DNA of 64,000 nucleotides from Squalus acanthias (Eukaryota): assembly GCA_030390025.1 (NCBI GenBank), contig CM059432.1, positions 150,972,001-151,036,000 on the forward strand. The letters are read 5' to 3'. This document shows, piece by piece, positions 39,375 through 50,239 of this stretch. The position numbers and the translations under genes were made by a program. The notes under the pieces are model-generated. The model made no database searches and was not told the origin of the DNA. It worked only from the letters and a program-made list of their open reading frames with translations. Numbering within the stretch: the stretch's first letter is position 1; each line of letters starts with the position of its first letter.

Positions 39375-40266
39375 GGGGGGAAAATTCAGTTGCTTAGCGC
39401 CTCCCGTTAGGGCCCTAAGAGGGCACTAATGGGGCGCAAAGCAACTAGCGCCCGGGCGCAGTGATGTTTGCGCCGCTCGCGAAATTGACGAGACATTTTG
39501 CGGCGGCGCTAAACACCACCGCCACGATCTCCTGCACTGGCCGATCGTGACGTCAGTCGAGCGTGCAACGCCCCGGTAGCGCCCCGGACCGGATATTGAG
39601 TGGCGCCCCCTGCCTTACCGCCTGCCGCTAGCAATGACAGGTTGACGGAAGCGTTTTGCAGTCGGGAAGGGACTGGGGGAGCGCTATTTAAAGGTAACCG
39701 CTTCCTGCCTTTTTTTGTCGGTGACATTTTTGCACCACGCATTCTGAGAGAGAGAGAGAAACTTCTGGAGAGATTCAACGCTGTGTGAAGGAGTTTTGGG
39801 TACTGAGCAGCACTTTGCAGGTTCATTTTGATTTGACCTTCCTTGCATCAATTTAGAAGACACTGTGGGGGCTGCACTCTGAGCTCTTTCCCTGGGCCTC
39901 TCCATTGTTCTTTCCAGCAGATTTGATGTACAGGTCTCTCCAGGCTGAGATTCAAGGCTGCAATGAGCAGGGTGTGGATGGAGAGCAAGATCGACCCTCC
40001 CCTTTCAGAACTGGCTGGGGCCATTGTGTCTGTGTTCCATTGCTGACTGACATCACATGAGCTTCGCCAGCGCTCTGAGGTAGCGCCTCGCTCCTCGGCC
40101 TTTGTGCCTTAAGACAGGTGTGTAGCACCTGATTTAGCGCTCCACTCACCTCCCGGGGCGATAAAAGTCAAGTTTGCAGTCGGAGACGATAATTAGCGGC
40201 AGGCGCTAAACTTTGCGCCCGGTCGATAATTGCGCCCCAAACGGGGCGATACTGAATTTTTCCCCC
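39375..40266 (+). mobile_element. Non-autonomous Harbinger (MITE), related subfamily
   Basis: TIRs GGGGGGAAAATTCAGT / ACTGAATTTTTCCCCC, TSD CAT/CAT, retains MERPRERAQ Myb start on minus strand. Confidence 0.9.
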
Positions 40267-41935
40267 CATCTGTTTTAAAGAGTGAGGCTGCTCTCGTTAA
40301 GAAAAGTCTTTCTTTTTTGGCCATTTGACTTAAAAATGGTTTTTCAGCTTGAGAAATGTTGCAGATGCTGTAAGTCGTTAATGACTGGTGGACAATGTCT
40401 TTGATACACCTGGGCCAGGCTGGGCATCTCTCAGGTATCCCCCAGAGTGAGGGTGGTGGGAGAAGAGGTGCTGGCCAGCTGCCTGGCTTTACTCCAGCAG
40501 CCCTGGCCCAAGGAATACCTTTTAAAGTGCCTATTGGTCTCCTTGTAAAATGGGCCAATAAGGCCAGAGGCCTGCCAGAGTTCTTTGGTGGTCAAGGTCA
40601 AGATCCCAAGGTTTGTCCTGCTTTACTCAGTTAGCAGGCCCCCTTTCTCCTGGTGTCTCAGCCACCCTGCAGATTCCAGACCAGCCTTCCCAGAAATTCC
40701 CAGCCTTGGAGTCCCTTCCCCTGGCCACACACTTCTGACGCAAGGGATGTTGTTTGGGGCGGATCGAGGTTCTGTCGCAAGCAAGTGCTCCCTGGAACTA
40801 AGCAGCCAGGGTAGGAACTTGGTGATTCCAGTTCTAGCCTAATACGTGGGCCTTCCCTCACATTCCTGTCCAACCTAGCTTCGCCAATATGGCCTAAAAA
40901 TCTTCATGGTCAAGCGTTAAGGCCACAGGGATACTGAATAATGAAAATAACCGCATTGTATACTGTGGACTGCAAAAGAAATAAATTTAAAATGTGCCAT
41001 CACCAAGAGTCCCTGAGGATGGAGAGGATGAGAAAAAGGAGCATCTCTCTGGTGTAGTGGGTGACAGGCGGGCAATCACCTAAGGTCGGCCCTTTGACAC
41101 ATTGGCCGCGGTTTTGTCATCGGTGTCGGGATGGGTGCTGGTTTCCGGGTTCCAGTCCCGCCCCCAGCTGCCCCCGCTCCAAAGACGTGATTTTCCCTTG
41201 ATTGACCTTGTTAAGCCCCACCCTGCGGGCTTGCTGGCCAATTAACAGGAAGTGGGTCTGATGACATCATTTGATGACGCATCATCTGCCGGTTTCCTTA
41301 AAGGGACCATGCACAATTTTATTTTGACAGTTGATTTCTCAGTGTTTGACAGTATTGAGGTGCTGAAAACACTGACAATCACTGCACAAAGGTGACCTCT
41401 TGCACCCAGGCTCATAGAGTCATAGGGGTAAAAATTCAGTTGGTTGCGCCTCCCGTTAGCGCCTTAAGAGGGCGCTAATGGGGCGCAAAGCCGCTAACGC
41501 CCGGGCGCAGCGATGTTTGCGCCGCTCGGGAACTTAACTTGACATTGTGCGGCGGCGCTAAAACTTACCGCTGCGACCACCTGCGCGCGCAGATTGTGAC
41601 GTCATTCCATGGTGCAACGCCCTTGTGGCGCCCTGGAGTGGAAATTGAGTGGCGCCCCCTGCCTTACCGCCTGGCGCTTCCAACGACCGGAAGACTGGAA
41701 CGCTATCAATCGCTGTGGGGCTGGGGGGGGCGCTATTTAAAGGGGGCCTCTTCCTGTCTTTTTCTGTGGTCGACATTTTTGCACCACTCGTTCTGAGAGA
41801 GAGAGAGAGATTCGGAGAGAGAGAAAGAGAGACTTCTACATTGACTCAACGCTTTGTGAGGTAGTTTTGCCTATTGATCCTAACTTTGCTGCTACTTTAG
41901 TTGCTGTCCTTCATTACTTTGCTTGCAAAGAGAAT

Positions 41936-43096
41936 ATGGGGGCTGCACTGATTGGGGGCGTCGTCCTGCTCCAGCTGGATCGGAGGATACAGAGACGCAG
42001 AGAGAGAGTGGCAATGATGGCCAGACGGAGGAGGGCCATCAGGCGTATGTACAGGAGAGCTTACCCTCCCAGGGTATATCGTGAACAGCTCTCCTACATC
42101 CATATGTCCGAGGAGCTGTGTTTGCGAAGGCTACGATTCAGCAAGGAGGTGGTCACTGAGCTCTGCCACCTGCTGCAGCCAGATCTGCAGCCTCAACTGA
42201 GGTCCAGGACGTCTCTGTCGGTGGCAGTGAAGGTCACAGTGGCTTTGAACTTTTACGCTACTGGCTCATTTCAAGCTGCTGCTGGGGACCTCGCCAATAT
42301 CTCCCAGTTCGCGGTGCATTGCTGCATCCGGCAGGTCACAAATGCTCTCTTCAGAAGGAGACGAGAGTTCATCTCTTTCCCCATGACCCCAGACAAGCAG
42401 CGTGACCGCGCTCTGGGCTTTGCGAGGGTAGCGGGCTTCCCCATGGTGCAGGGCGCCATTGACTGCACGCATGTGGCTTTGCGTGCTCCACATGAGAATG
42501 CCGAGGAATTCAGGAACAGAAAGGGGTTCCATTCCTTGAATGTCCAGTTGGTCTGTGACCACAGACAGCTGATACTCGCTGTCAATGCCCAGTATCCTGG
42601 CAGCTGCCACGATGCTTTTATCCTGTGCCAGCCTACTGTGGCAGAACTTTTCGAGGCACCGCATCAGCCAGTTGGTTGGCTTCTCGGGGACAAGGGGTAT
42701 CCACTGAGCACCTGGCTGATGACACCGCTCCGTACGCCCAACACCCTTGCTGAGCTGCGGTACAATGAGAGCCATCAAGCTACCAGGAACATTATTGAGC
42801 GCACAATCGGCATGCTGAAGCAACGGTTCCGCTGTCTGGACCATTCCGGAGGAGCCCTGCAGTACTCGCCTGAGCGAGTATCGAACTTCGTAGTCGTGTG
42901 CTGCATGTTGCATAACATGGCAATCCTCAGGACCCAGCCAATGCCACCAGGCCTTGGAGCACCACCAGAGGAGGAGGAGGAAGAGGAGGAAGAGGACGAG
43001 GACGATGATCATCAGCAGCACCAAGGCAGGAGGGCGGCCCACAATGGTCAAACTGCAAGGGCCGTCCGTCAACGGCTAATAGCAAGCCGCTTCTAG
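41936..43096 (+). CDS. Harbinger DDE transposase (HARBI1-family), 386 aa from ATG 41936
   Basis: GAIDCTHV, HDA, LLGDKGYP, IIERTIGMLKQRFRCL, CCMLHN motifs; acidic C-terminal tract; no stops. Confidence 0.95.
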   Translation: MGAALIGGVVLLQLDRRIQRRRERVAMMARRRRAIRRMYRRAYPPRVYREQLSYIHMSEELCLRRLRFSKEVVTELCHLLQPDLQPQLRSRTSLSVAVKVTVALNFYATGSFQAAAGDLANISQFAVHCCIRQVTNALFRRRREFISFPMTPDKQRDRALGFARVAGFPMVQGAIDCTHVALRAPHENAEEFRNRKGFHSLNVQLVCDHRQLILAVNAQYPGSCHDAFILCQPTVAELFEAPHQPVGWLLGDKGYPLSTWLMTPLRTPNTLAELRYNESHQATRNIIERTIGMLKQRFRCLDHSGGALQYSPERVSNFVVVCCMLHNMAILRTQPMPPGLGAPPEEEEEEEEEDEDDDHQQHQGRRAAHNGQTARAVRQRLIASRF

Positions 43097-43388
43097 GGCC
43101 CCTGCCATTGCTACCAACATTAATGAACCCAGCATGCAACCCCTAAGCCGGCCAAGGCACCAATAATTCCAACCACCAACCATGTATATTTTGAATACAG
43201 AAACTTATTTATTTTACAAACTCTGAGTGTGTCAATTCCTCATGACAAACTCATAGAAATAAACACAAAAAAAGTCAATAACATAACTGGTTCTCACAAC
43301 CTGGAGATAATGTCCAAAACACTAAACAAAAGTTGGACAACGAACCTCGACCTTTAATAAAAAAATGACCAGCATTTTGTCACACCTC

Positions 43389-45265
43389 CTACTTTTTGCC
43401 CTTCGAGGGTGATCTCCTTCCCTTGCGCACTTCCCCCCTTCTAACCCTACTGCTCCTCCGTAATGGGACCTCAGTGGCTGCAGCAAGGCTGGTGGAAGGC
43501 TGCTGCTCGTCAGACCCTGACACTGCAGATGCCTCTGAAGGACGGCCTCGACCAGTTCTGGGCCTGGAGGGCCCGGCTGCAGACTGCACCAACTCTGCAT
43601 GGGCGGCAGCAGTCTGTCCTACAGGCGGTGGCAAGTGCAGTGGAGAAGTGACAGTGTTGGCAGCAGGAATGCTGTCATCATGAGAGAGGACAGCAACTCC
43701 CTGCTCGCCCGACACACTGGCACTCCCACGGGGCAGCACTTCAGCATCCGGAGCAATCTGCCGGAGAACAGATTGCTGGCCTGCTGCGGCGCGGTGACAG
43801 CCCCGGGGACATGTGCACGAACCATCGAGGTTGGCAGCAGTCTGTGCTCGCGTGGCCTCAATCTGAGTCTGTATGAGAGCAGTCAGAGATGGGATCACGG
43901 CAGCCAGTGACTGAATTGCAGCACTAAGCGTTAGTGTGGCATCCGCCTGTGCTACAGCGAAGTGCTCCACACTCCTTGCCAGTGACTCAATGCATTCGGG
44001 CACCCTTCCCACTGCACCCATGAGCTCAGTGTGCATGCCCACCACCTGGGTGTTCATTTCTGCGATCAGCCGCTCCTCCTCTGCGTCCATTGCAGTAGGA
44101 GTGTCTGGCATACTCTCCCTCTGGGGAGAAGGCCCTCGTTCTTCCCTACCCCCCCCATGGCGTTGCTGCAGCCCGCTGGGTCCTGGAGCTTCACCCTCAT
44201 CAGACCCTTCCCCCCTGCTCCCCTCCAGGGAAGGCGTGTTCCCAGTGTGGGCATGGGCTTCCTCGGGAGAGGGTGGCACTGATGCTCCGGCTTCCTCTTC
44301 CTCCTCAGCTGCAGCATCACTCCCAGTGGCAGCTTCAGGGCCCGTCTCCTCAGCTGGTGAATCACCATCTGAAAGCAGGGAGGTACAAGAGTGGCTTTAG
44401 CGTGAGGACAGGGTGGCAGTAAGGGAGGAATAAGTGCAGCGAGTTAGCAAGTTGGATTGAAAGTGTCAAAGGCTGGTCTTGTGAGGGACAAGTGGAAGGA
44501 CAGAGGACAAAAAGGTGATGACCTTACCATTGCTGTCCAGAACGGGGTCGGCGTCTCCAGTGGCGACGGGACCGATCACCCGGCTTGCCACAATCCTGTG
44601 GACGCGCTCCTCCAGATCGCTGAGGGGTTGCAGCTGAGGCCGCCCTCCACCAGTCCGTTGCTGCTGTCTCCGTTTATGCGCCAGCTTGGCCTGCAAGAAA
44701 AAGGACAGCATCTGAGTAAATATACAGCCATGGTCTTGCCTGATGTGCCTCCCATAGATGAATAGCCCTTATTGTATGCAGCCATGGTCTTGCCTGATGT
44801 GCCTCCCATAGGTGAATAGCCCTTACTGTATGCAGCCATGGTCTTGCCTGATGTGCCTCCCATAGGTGAATAGCCCTTACTGTATGCAAAGTGTGGAATG
44901 TGTGTGTGTGTTTCATGAAAGGGCCATAGGTGTTGGATGAGTGTTGTGCATTGGGGTTTTAAGACCCTCTGGCCATAGAGTGAGGTTGAGATGGAGGGAT
45001 GGAGAGGTATTGAGAAAAAGCCACTCACCCTGACGACCCGAGTGAGGTCGTTGAACTTTTTGCGGCATTGAGTATGGGTCCTGGACACCATGCTCCTGGA
45101 GGAGACGCTCTGAGCCACCTCCCTCCACACTCTTCTGAACTCGCGTGGCAAAGGCCTCCTGCCACTCTCAGGGAAGAGCATACATCGTCTGCGCTCCACC
45201 GCGCCAACCAGAGCATCCAAGGCCCGCTCGGTGAAGCGATGAGCGCGTTCTCTCACCCTCTCCAT
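43389..45265 (-). CDS. Harbinger Myb/SANT-like DNA-binding protein, 3 exons (45265-45029, 44690-44528, 44368-43389), 459 aa
   Basis: Exon 1 RFTERALDALV...W..VAQSV...QCRKKFNDL; GT-AG junctions (GTGAGT, TTTCTTGCAG, GTAAGG, TTTCAG); 237+163+980=1380 nt in frame; basic C-terminus. Confidence 0.88.
44725..44886 (+). repeat. 3 x 54-bp tandem repeat in intron 1 of the Myb gene
   Basis: Unit CAGCCATGGTCTTGCCTGATGTGCCTCCCATAGGTGAATAGCCCTTACTGTATG at 44725, 44779, 44833. Confidence 0.95.
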
Positions 45266-46245
45266 GCTTGGCAGCAAAATGGATTCACAGGTCTCTCCAG
45301 GCCGAGATTCAAGGCTGCAATGAGCAGGGTGTGGCTGGGGAGCAAGTTGGCCCCCCCCGCTTTAAGAAGTGGCCGGCGCCAGTGTGTCTGTGTTCCCTCG
45401 CTAACTGGCAGCAGCTGCGCTGCGCTCGCGCGCTGAGTTAGCGCCTCACTCCTTGGCCTTTGCGCCTTAAGACAGGTGTGCAGCGCCTGATTTAGCGCTC
45501 CACTCACCTCCCGGGGCGGTAAAAGTGAAGTTTCCAGTCAGTGCCGATAATTAGCGCCAGGCGCTAATATTTGCGTCCAGACGATATTTGCGCCCCAAAT
45601 GGGGCGCGGCCTAATTTCTACCCCATAGAGTCATAGAGTTCTACAAGCACAGAAAGAGGCCCTTCGGCCCATCGTGTCCATGCCGGCCATCAAGCCCTGT
45701 CTATTCTAATCCCATTTTACAGCACTTGGTCCGTAGCCTTGTATGCTATGGCGTTTCAAGTGCTCATCTAAATGCTTCTTGAATGTTGTGAGGGTTCCTG
45801 CCTCTACCACCCTTTCAGGCAGTGAGTTCCAGATTCCAACCACCCTCTGGGTGAAAAGGTTTTTCCTCAAATCCCCTCTAAACCTCCTGCCCCTTACCTT
45901 GAAACTATATCCCCTGGTTATTGACCCCTCTACTAAGGGGAAGAGTTCCTTTCTATCTACCCTATCTATGCCCCTCATAATTTTGTACACCTCAATCAGG
46001 TCCCCCCTCAGCCTTCTCTGCTCTAAGGAAAACAACCCCAGCCTGTCCAGTCTCTCTTCATAGCTGAAGCGCTCCAGCCCAGGTAACATCCTGGTGAATC
46101 TCCTCTGCACCCTCTCCAATGCAATCACATCCTTCTTATAGTGTGGCGACCAGAACTGCACACAGTATTCCAGCTGTGCCCTAACTTGCGTTTTGTACAG
46201 CTCCATCATAACCTCCCTGCTCTTATATTCTATACCTCGGCTAAT

Positions 46246-46990
46246 AGAAACATAGAAACATAGAAGATAGGAGCAGGAGTAGGCCAGTCAGCCCCTCGAC
46301 CCTGTTCCACCATTTAATGAGATCATGGCTGATCATCCAAATTCAGTACCCTGTCCCTGCTTTCTCCCCATATCCCTTGATCCCTTTAGCCTTAAGAAAT
46401 ATATCTAACTCCTTCTTGAATATATTTAATGAATTGGCCTCAACTGTCTTCTGTGGTAGAGAATTCCACAGGTTCTCTCTGGGTGAAGAAATTCCTCCTC
46501 ATCTCAGTCCTAAATGGCTTACCCCTTATCCTTAGACTGTGACCCCTGGTTCTGGACTCCCCCGTCATCGGGAACATCCTTCCTGCATCTAGTCTGTCTA
46601 GTCCTGTTAGAATTTTATAAGTTTCAATGAGATCCCCTCTCATTCTTCTAAACTCTAGCGAATACAAGCCCAATCGTCCCAATCTCTCTCCATACGTCAT
46701 TCCTGCCATCCCAGGTATCAGTCTGGTGAATCTTCGCTGCACTCCCTCCATGGCAAGAAAATCCTTCCTCAGATAAGGCGACCAAAACTGCACACAATAC
46801 TCAAGGTGTGGTCTCACCAAGGCCCTGTACAACTGCAGCAAGACATCCTTGCTCCTGTACTCAAATCCTCTCGCTATGAAGGCCAACATACCATTTGCCT
46901 TCTTACCCGCCTGCTGCACCTGCATGCTTACCTTCAGCGACTGGTGCACAAGGGCACCCAGGTCTAGTTGCACTTCCCCTTTTCCTAATC
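46246..46990 (-). mobile_element. CR1 3' fragment nested in CR1
   Basis: ORF 46440-46973; (TTCTATGT)n tail at 46246. Confidence 0.88.
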
Positions 46991-47841
46991 TATTGCCTTC
47001 CCATATGCCTTTTTAACCACCTTATCTACCTGTCCTGCTGCCTTCAGGGATCTATGTACATGCTCAGCAAGGTCCCTCTGATCCTCTGTCCTTCCTCGGA
47101 TCCTACCATTCATTGTGTATTCCCTTGCCTTGTTAGTCCTCCCAAAATGCATCACCTCACACTTTTCAGGGTTAAATTCCATTTGCCACTGTTCTGCCCA
47201 TCTTACCAACCCGTCTATATCGTCCTGTAGCCTGAAGCTTCCCTCCTCGCTATTTACCACTCCACCAATTTTCGTTTCATCTGCAAACTTACTGATTGTA
47301 CCTCCTACATTCATATCTAAATCATTAATGTACACTACAAACAGCAAAGGACCCAGCACTGATCCTTGCGGTACACCACTGGACACAGGCTTCCAGTCAC
47401 AAAAACAACCTTCGACCATCACCCTCTGCCTCCTGCCACTAAGCCAATTTTGGATCCAATGTGCCAAATTGCCCTGGATACCATGGGCTCTTACCTTCTT
47501 GACCAGTCTCCCATGCGGGACTTTGTCAAAAGCCTTACTGAAGTCCATGTAGACCACATCAACTGCACTACCCTCATCCACACACCTAGTCACCCCCTTG
47601 AAAAATTCAATCAAATTGGTTAGACATGATCTCCCCCTGACAAAGCCATGCTGACTATCCTTGATTAATCCTTGCCTCTCCAAGTGGAGACTAATTCTGT
47701 CCCTCAGAATTTTTTCCAATAATTTCCCTACAACTGATGTTAGGCTCACTGGCCTGTAATTCCCTGGTTTATCCCTACTACCCTTCTTGAATATTGGTAC
47801 TACGTTAGCTGTCCTCCAGTCCTCTGGCATCTCCCCTGTGG

Positions 47842-47887
47842 ACAAAATTGAGAGGTCGCACAACACCAGGTTATAGTCCAACAGCAT
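47842..47887 (-). mobile_element. 46-bp family-B Penelope terminal fragment
   Basis: 14-bp TSD CATCTCCCCTGTGG (47828-47841, 47888-47901). Confidence 0.85.
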
Positions 47888-48734
47888 CATCTCCCCTGTG
47901 GCCAGAGAGGTTTCTGAAAATCTCCAATGGCTCCCTTCATATGCTGGAATAGATGGCAGCTGCAGGTGAGGTGAGAGAGGTTCTCCCAATGAGGTGGCAC
48001 TGGACATATAGTTGGATTTAAAAACTTGTCACCTAAAGAAATCTCTATATGTATTAAAAATGCAGTACCCAACATTTTCTTTGCTCTGAAACTCACCATG
48101 TGCAACATTGGATCCTTCACACCACTTCTGCAGCTGTCATCTTTTCACAAACATTACAGCAGACTTACAACACGCCACACTTACCTGGCGTGGTGTCCGG
48201 ATGTCGGGAAACCTGACCCAGAAGCGGGAAAATCCAAAATCAGGCTGTAAACTACTGACAAGTACTTGTTAATAGGCAGGTAATTGCCTTTAATCCGTTT
48301 CCCGCCACTAGGTGTCGGGTCCATTCACAAATCGGGAAAGCTGTTTGGGGGCGGGTTGATGGCGGGTTCGGGATCTGCAATCAATCAATAGCACTTTAAC
48401 CTCTGACCCGCCTCTCTGAGCGCCGGGAAAATCGTGGCCATTGCCAAGGATAATGTAAAAGCTGGGCATTGCATTTGACCTTTTCAATTAACTGGGAAAT
48501 CTTAACGTTGCCACTCAATGCAAAGCTGAAAGGAATTCCTTTCCCAGCACTCACATCTCTCACCTTGATAAACATAAATGCACAAAAATAATATCATTAA
48601 GTCATTTGCTGATGGAGGATTGTTAGCCCTATACAAGGACTGTCTCCCATGAATGTGCTTCATTGATATTTACATGCCATTAACCCCTACATTTACTGCC
48701 AGACTATTGACATTGAATGTTAAGAAACAGTTTG

Positions 48735-49625
48735 CGTTTATATAGGATCTACCACAACCTCAGGATGTCCCAAAGCGCTTTACAACCGATGACTTACTTT
48801 TTGAAGTGCTATTGTAAGGTAGGGAAACATGGCAGTCAATTTGTGTATAGCAAGGTCCTATAAACAGCAGTGAGATAATTAACTTGGGCTGGGAACTTCC
48901 TCAGAGCTACTCCCGCTCTGCCAATGTAACTTCACTGGAAGTGTGGCGGAAACCCCGTTTAGGCGCACAAATGGAGTTACCACCCCATCCACCACCTTAA
49001 ACATTCACTCCCTCCACCACCGGCACACCGTGGCTGCAGTGTGTACCATCTACAAGATGCATTGCAGCAACTCGCCAAGGCTTCTTTGGCAGCACCTCCA
49101 AAACCCACGACCTCTTCCACCTAGAAGGACAAGGGCAGTAGGCACATGGGAACACCACCACCTCCAAGTTCCCCTCCAAGTCACACATTATCCTGACTTA
49201 GAAATATATCGCCGATCCTTCATCATCGCTGGGTCAAAATCCTGGAACTCCCTCCCTAAAAGCACTGTGGGAGTACCTTCACCACTCGGACTGCAGCATT
49301 TCAAGAAGGTGGCTCATCACCACCTTCTCAAGGGCAATTAGGGATGGGCAATAAATGCTGGCCTTGCCAGCAACGCCCACATCCCAGGAACGAATAAAAA
49401 AAACCTTCGGTGAAGTAACAACAGCGGAGATAGGGCAGCTCCAGGGAATCTCCCAGCCCAGATAATCTGTTTTTGCTAGTGGTGATTGAGGGATAAATAA
49501 TGGGCAATACACCCGGAGAACCCCCCTGCTCTTCTTCATATAGTCCACCTGAGAAGCAAGATAGGGCCTTGGTTTAACATCTCATCCAAAAAAAACGCAT
49601 CTCCCTCAGTACTGCACTGAAATGC
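48735..49625 (-). mobile_element. Deu-SINE split by a small TIR element (48887-49459) that holds a LINE 3' fragment (48980-49402, +)
   Basis: GGGCTGGGA...TCCCAGCCC termini; LINE piece matches 18241-18346 plus 20618-20940. Confidence 0.7.
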
Positions 49626-50239
49626 CAGCAACTACCCGAAACTGACCTTTGGCTTCACCGCCGAGCTGCCTAGCGACACGCACCAGGAGCCTGTAGCTCA
49701 CCAGTTTAATTTAAATGAGGCCCGAGGCCCAATTTCAATCAGGCCTAGGGCCTACTTGTTTCGGAGCTGGATTGTTCCCTGCAAGCTGGCACGATGCAAT
49801 TTCCACCCTGAAATATCTAAAACCCCGCCATTTGCACGCTTGACTCCCCACAGGCCAGGATTTCAATGACATTTTTCCAATGACCTTGATGATGACGACA
49901 GAAGTGGTTTCTTAAAGGGAACTGCAAGACTAAAGTCAATCAAAAACTTCAATAGCCATAAGTTTTGTTTCCATTGTTCAAGCTTAAAATATTTTTTCGG
50001 GCTGCACTTTGGGACGTTCGGGTTATATCTTGCAACCTTTTGGGAGAGTACAGTTTCAGTAAGGAAATATTGGAGCCAGTGCTCGAAGGCTTCAGAATGG
50101 AATTCCCATCAGGGATTCCACTGTTAATGCTCCACATAGTACAGGCAGAGGAGGAAGGTGAGTGGGAGGCAGCCATGGAAGCCACAAGCCACAAGAATCA
50201 GGCAGCACTGGAGAAAAAACAGACCCTTGTGGAGATACC

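Larger units (their letters stand above)
41425..45624. mobile_element. Full-length, apparently intact PIF/Harbinger DNA transposon (4200 bp)
   Basis: TIRs GGGGTAAAAATT / AATTTCTACCCC, TSD ATA/ATA inside a CR1 (CATAGAGT)n tail, two convergent open genes. Confidence 0.95.
45625..47920 (-). mobile_element. CR1 LINE (tail continues to 41413 across the Harbinger) with nested CR1 and PLE fragment
   Basis: ORFs 45706-46209 and 46985-48007; (ACTCTATG)n tail. Confidence 0.9.
41104..48439. mobile_element. Harbinger-type MITE (family of 57099-57976) split by ~6.5 kb of nested insertions
   Basis: TIRs GGCCGCGGTTTT / AAAATCGTGGCC, TSD ATT/ATT; halves 41104-41413 and 47921-48439 rejoin colinearly with reverse of 57099-57976. 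Confidence 0.8.

Noticed and set aside
42266..43072. 268-aa antisense ORF and many similar antisense ORFs over CR1
   Set aside because: Shadow frames of transposon coding sequence
41867..43096. Domesticated host HARBI1 gene
   Set aside because: Lies within TIRs and TSD with a partner Myb gene and MITE derivatives, so it is a transposon gene; the upstream TTG start at 41867 is less likely than ATG 41936
44725..44886. CRISPR-like array
   Set aside because: Head-to-tail repeats with no unique spacers, eukaryotic context; same for 12281-12520
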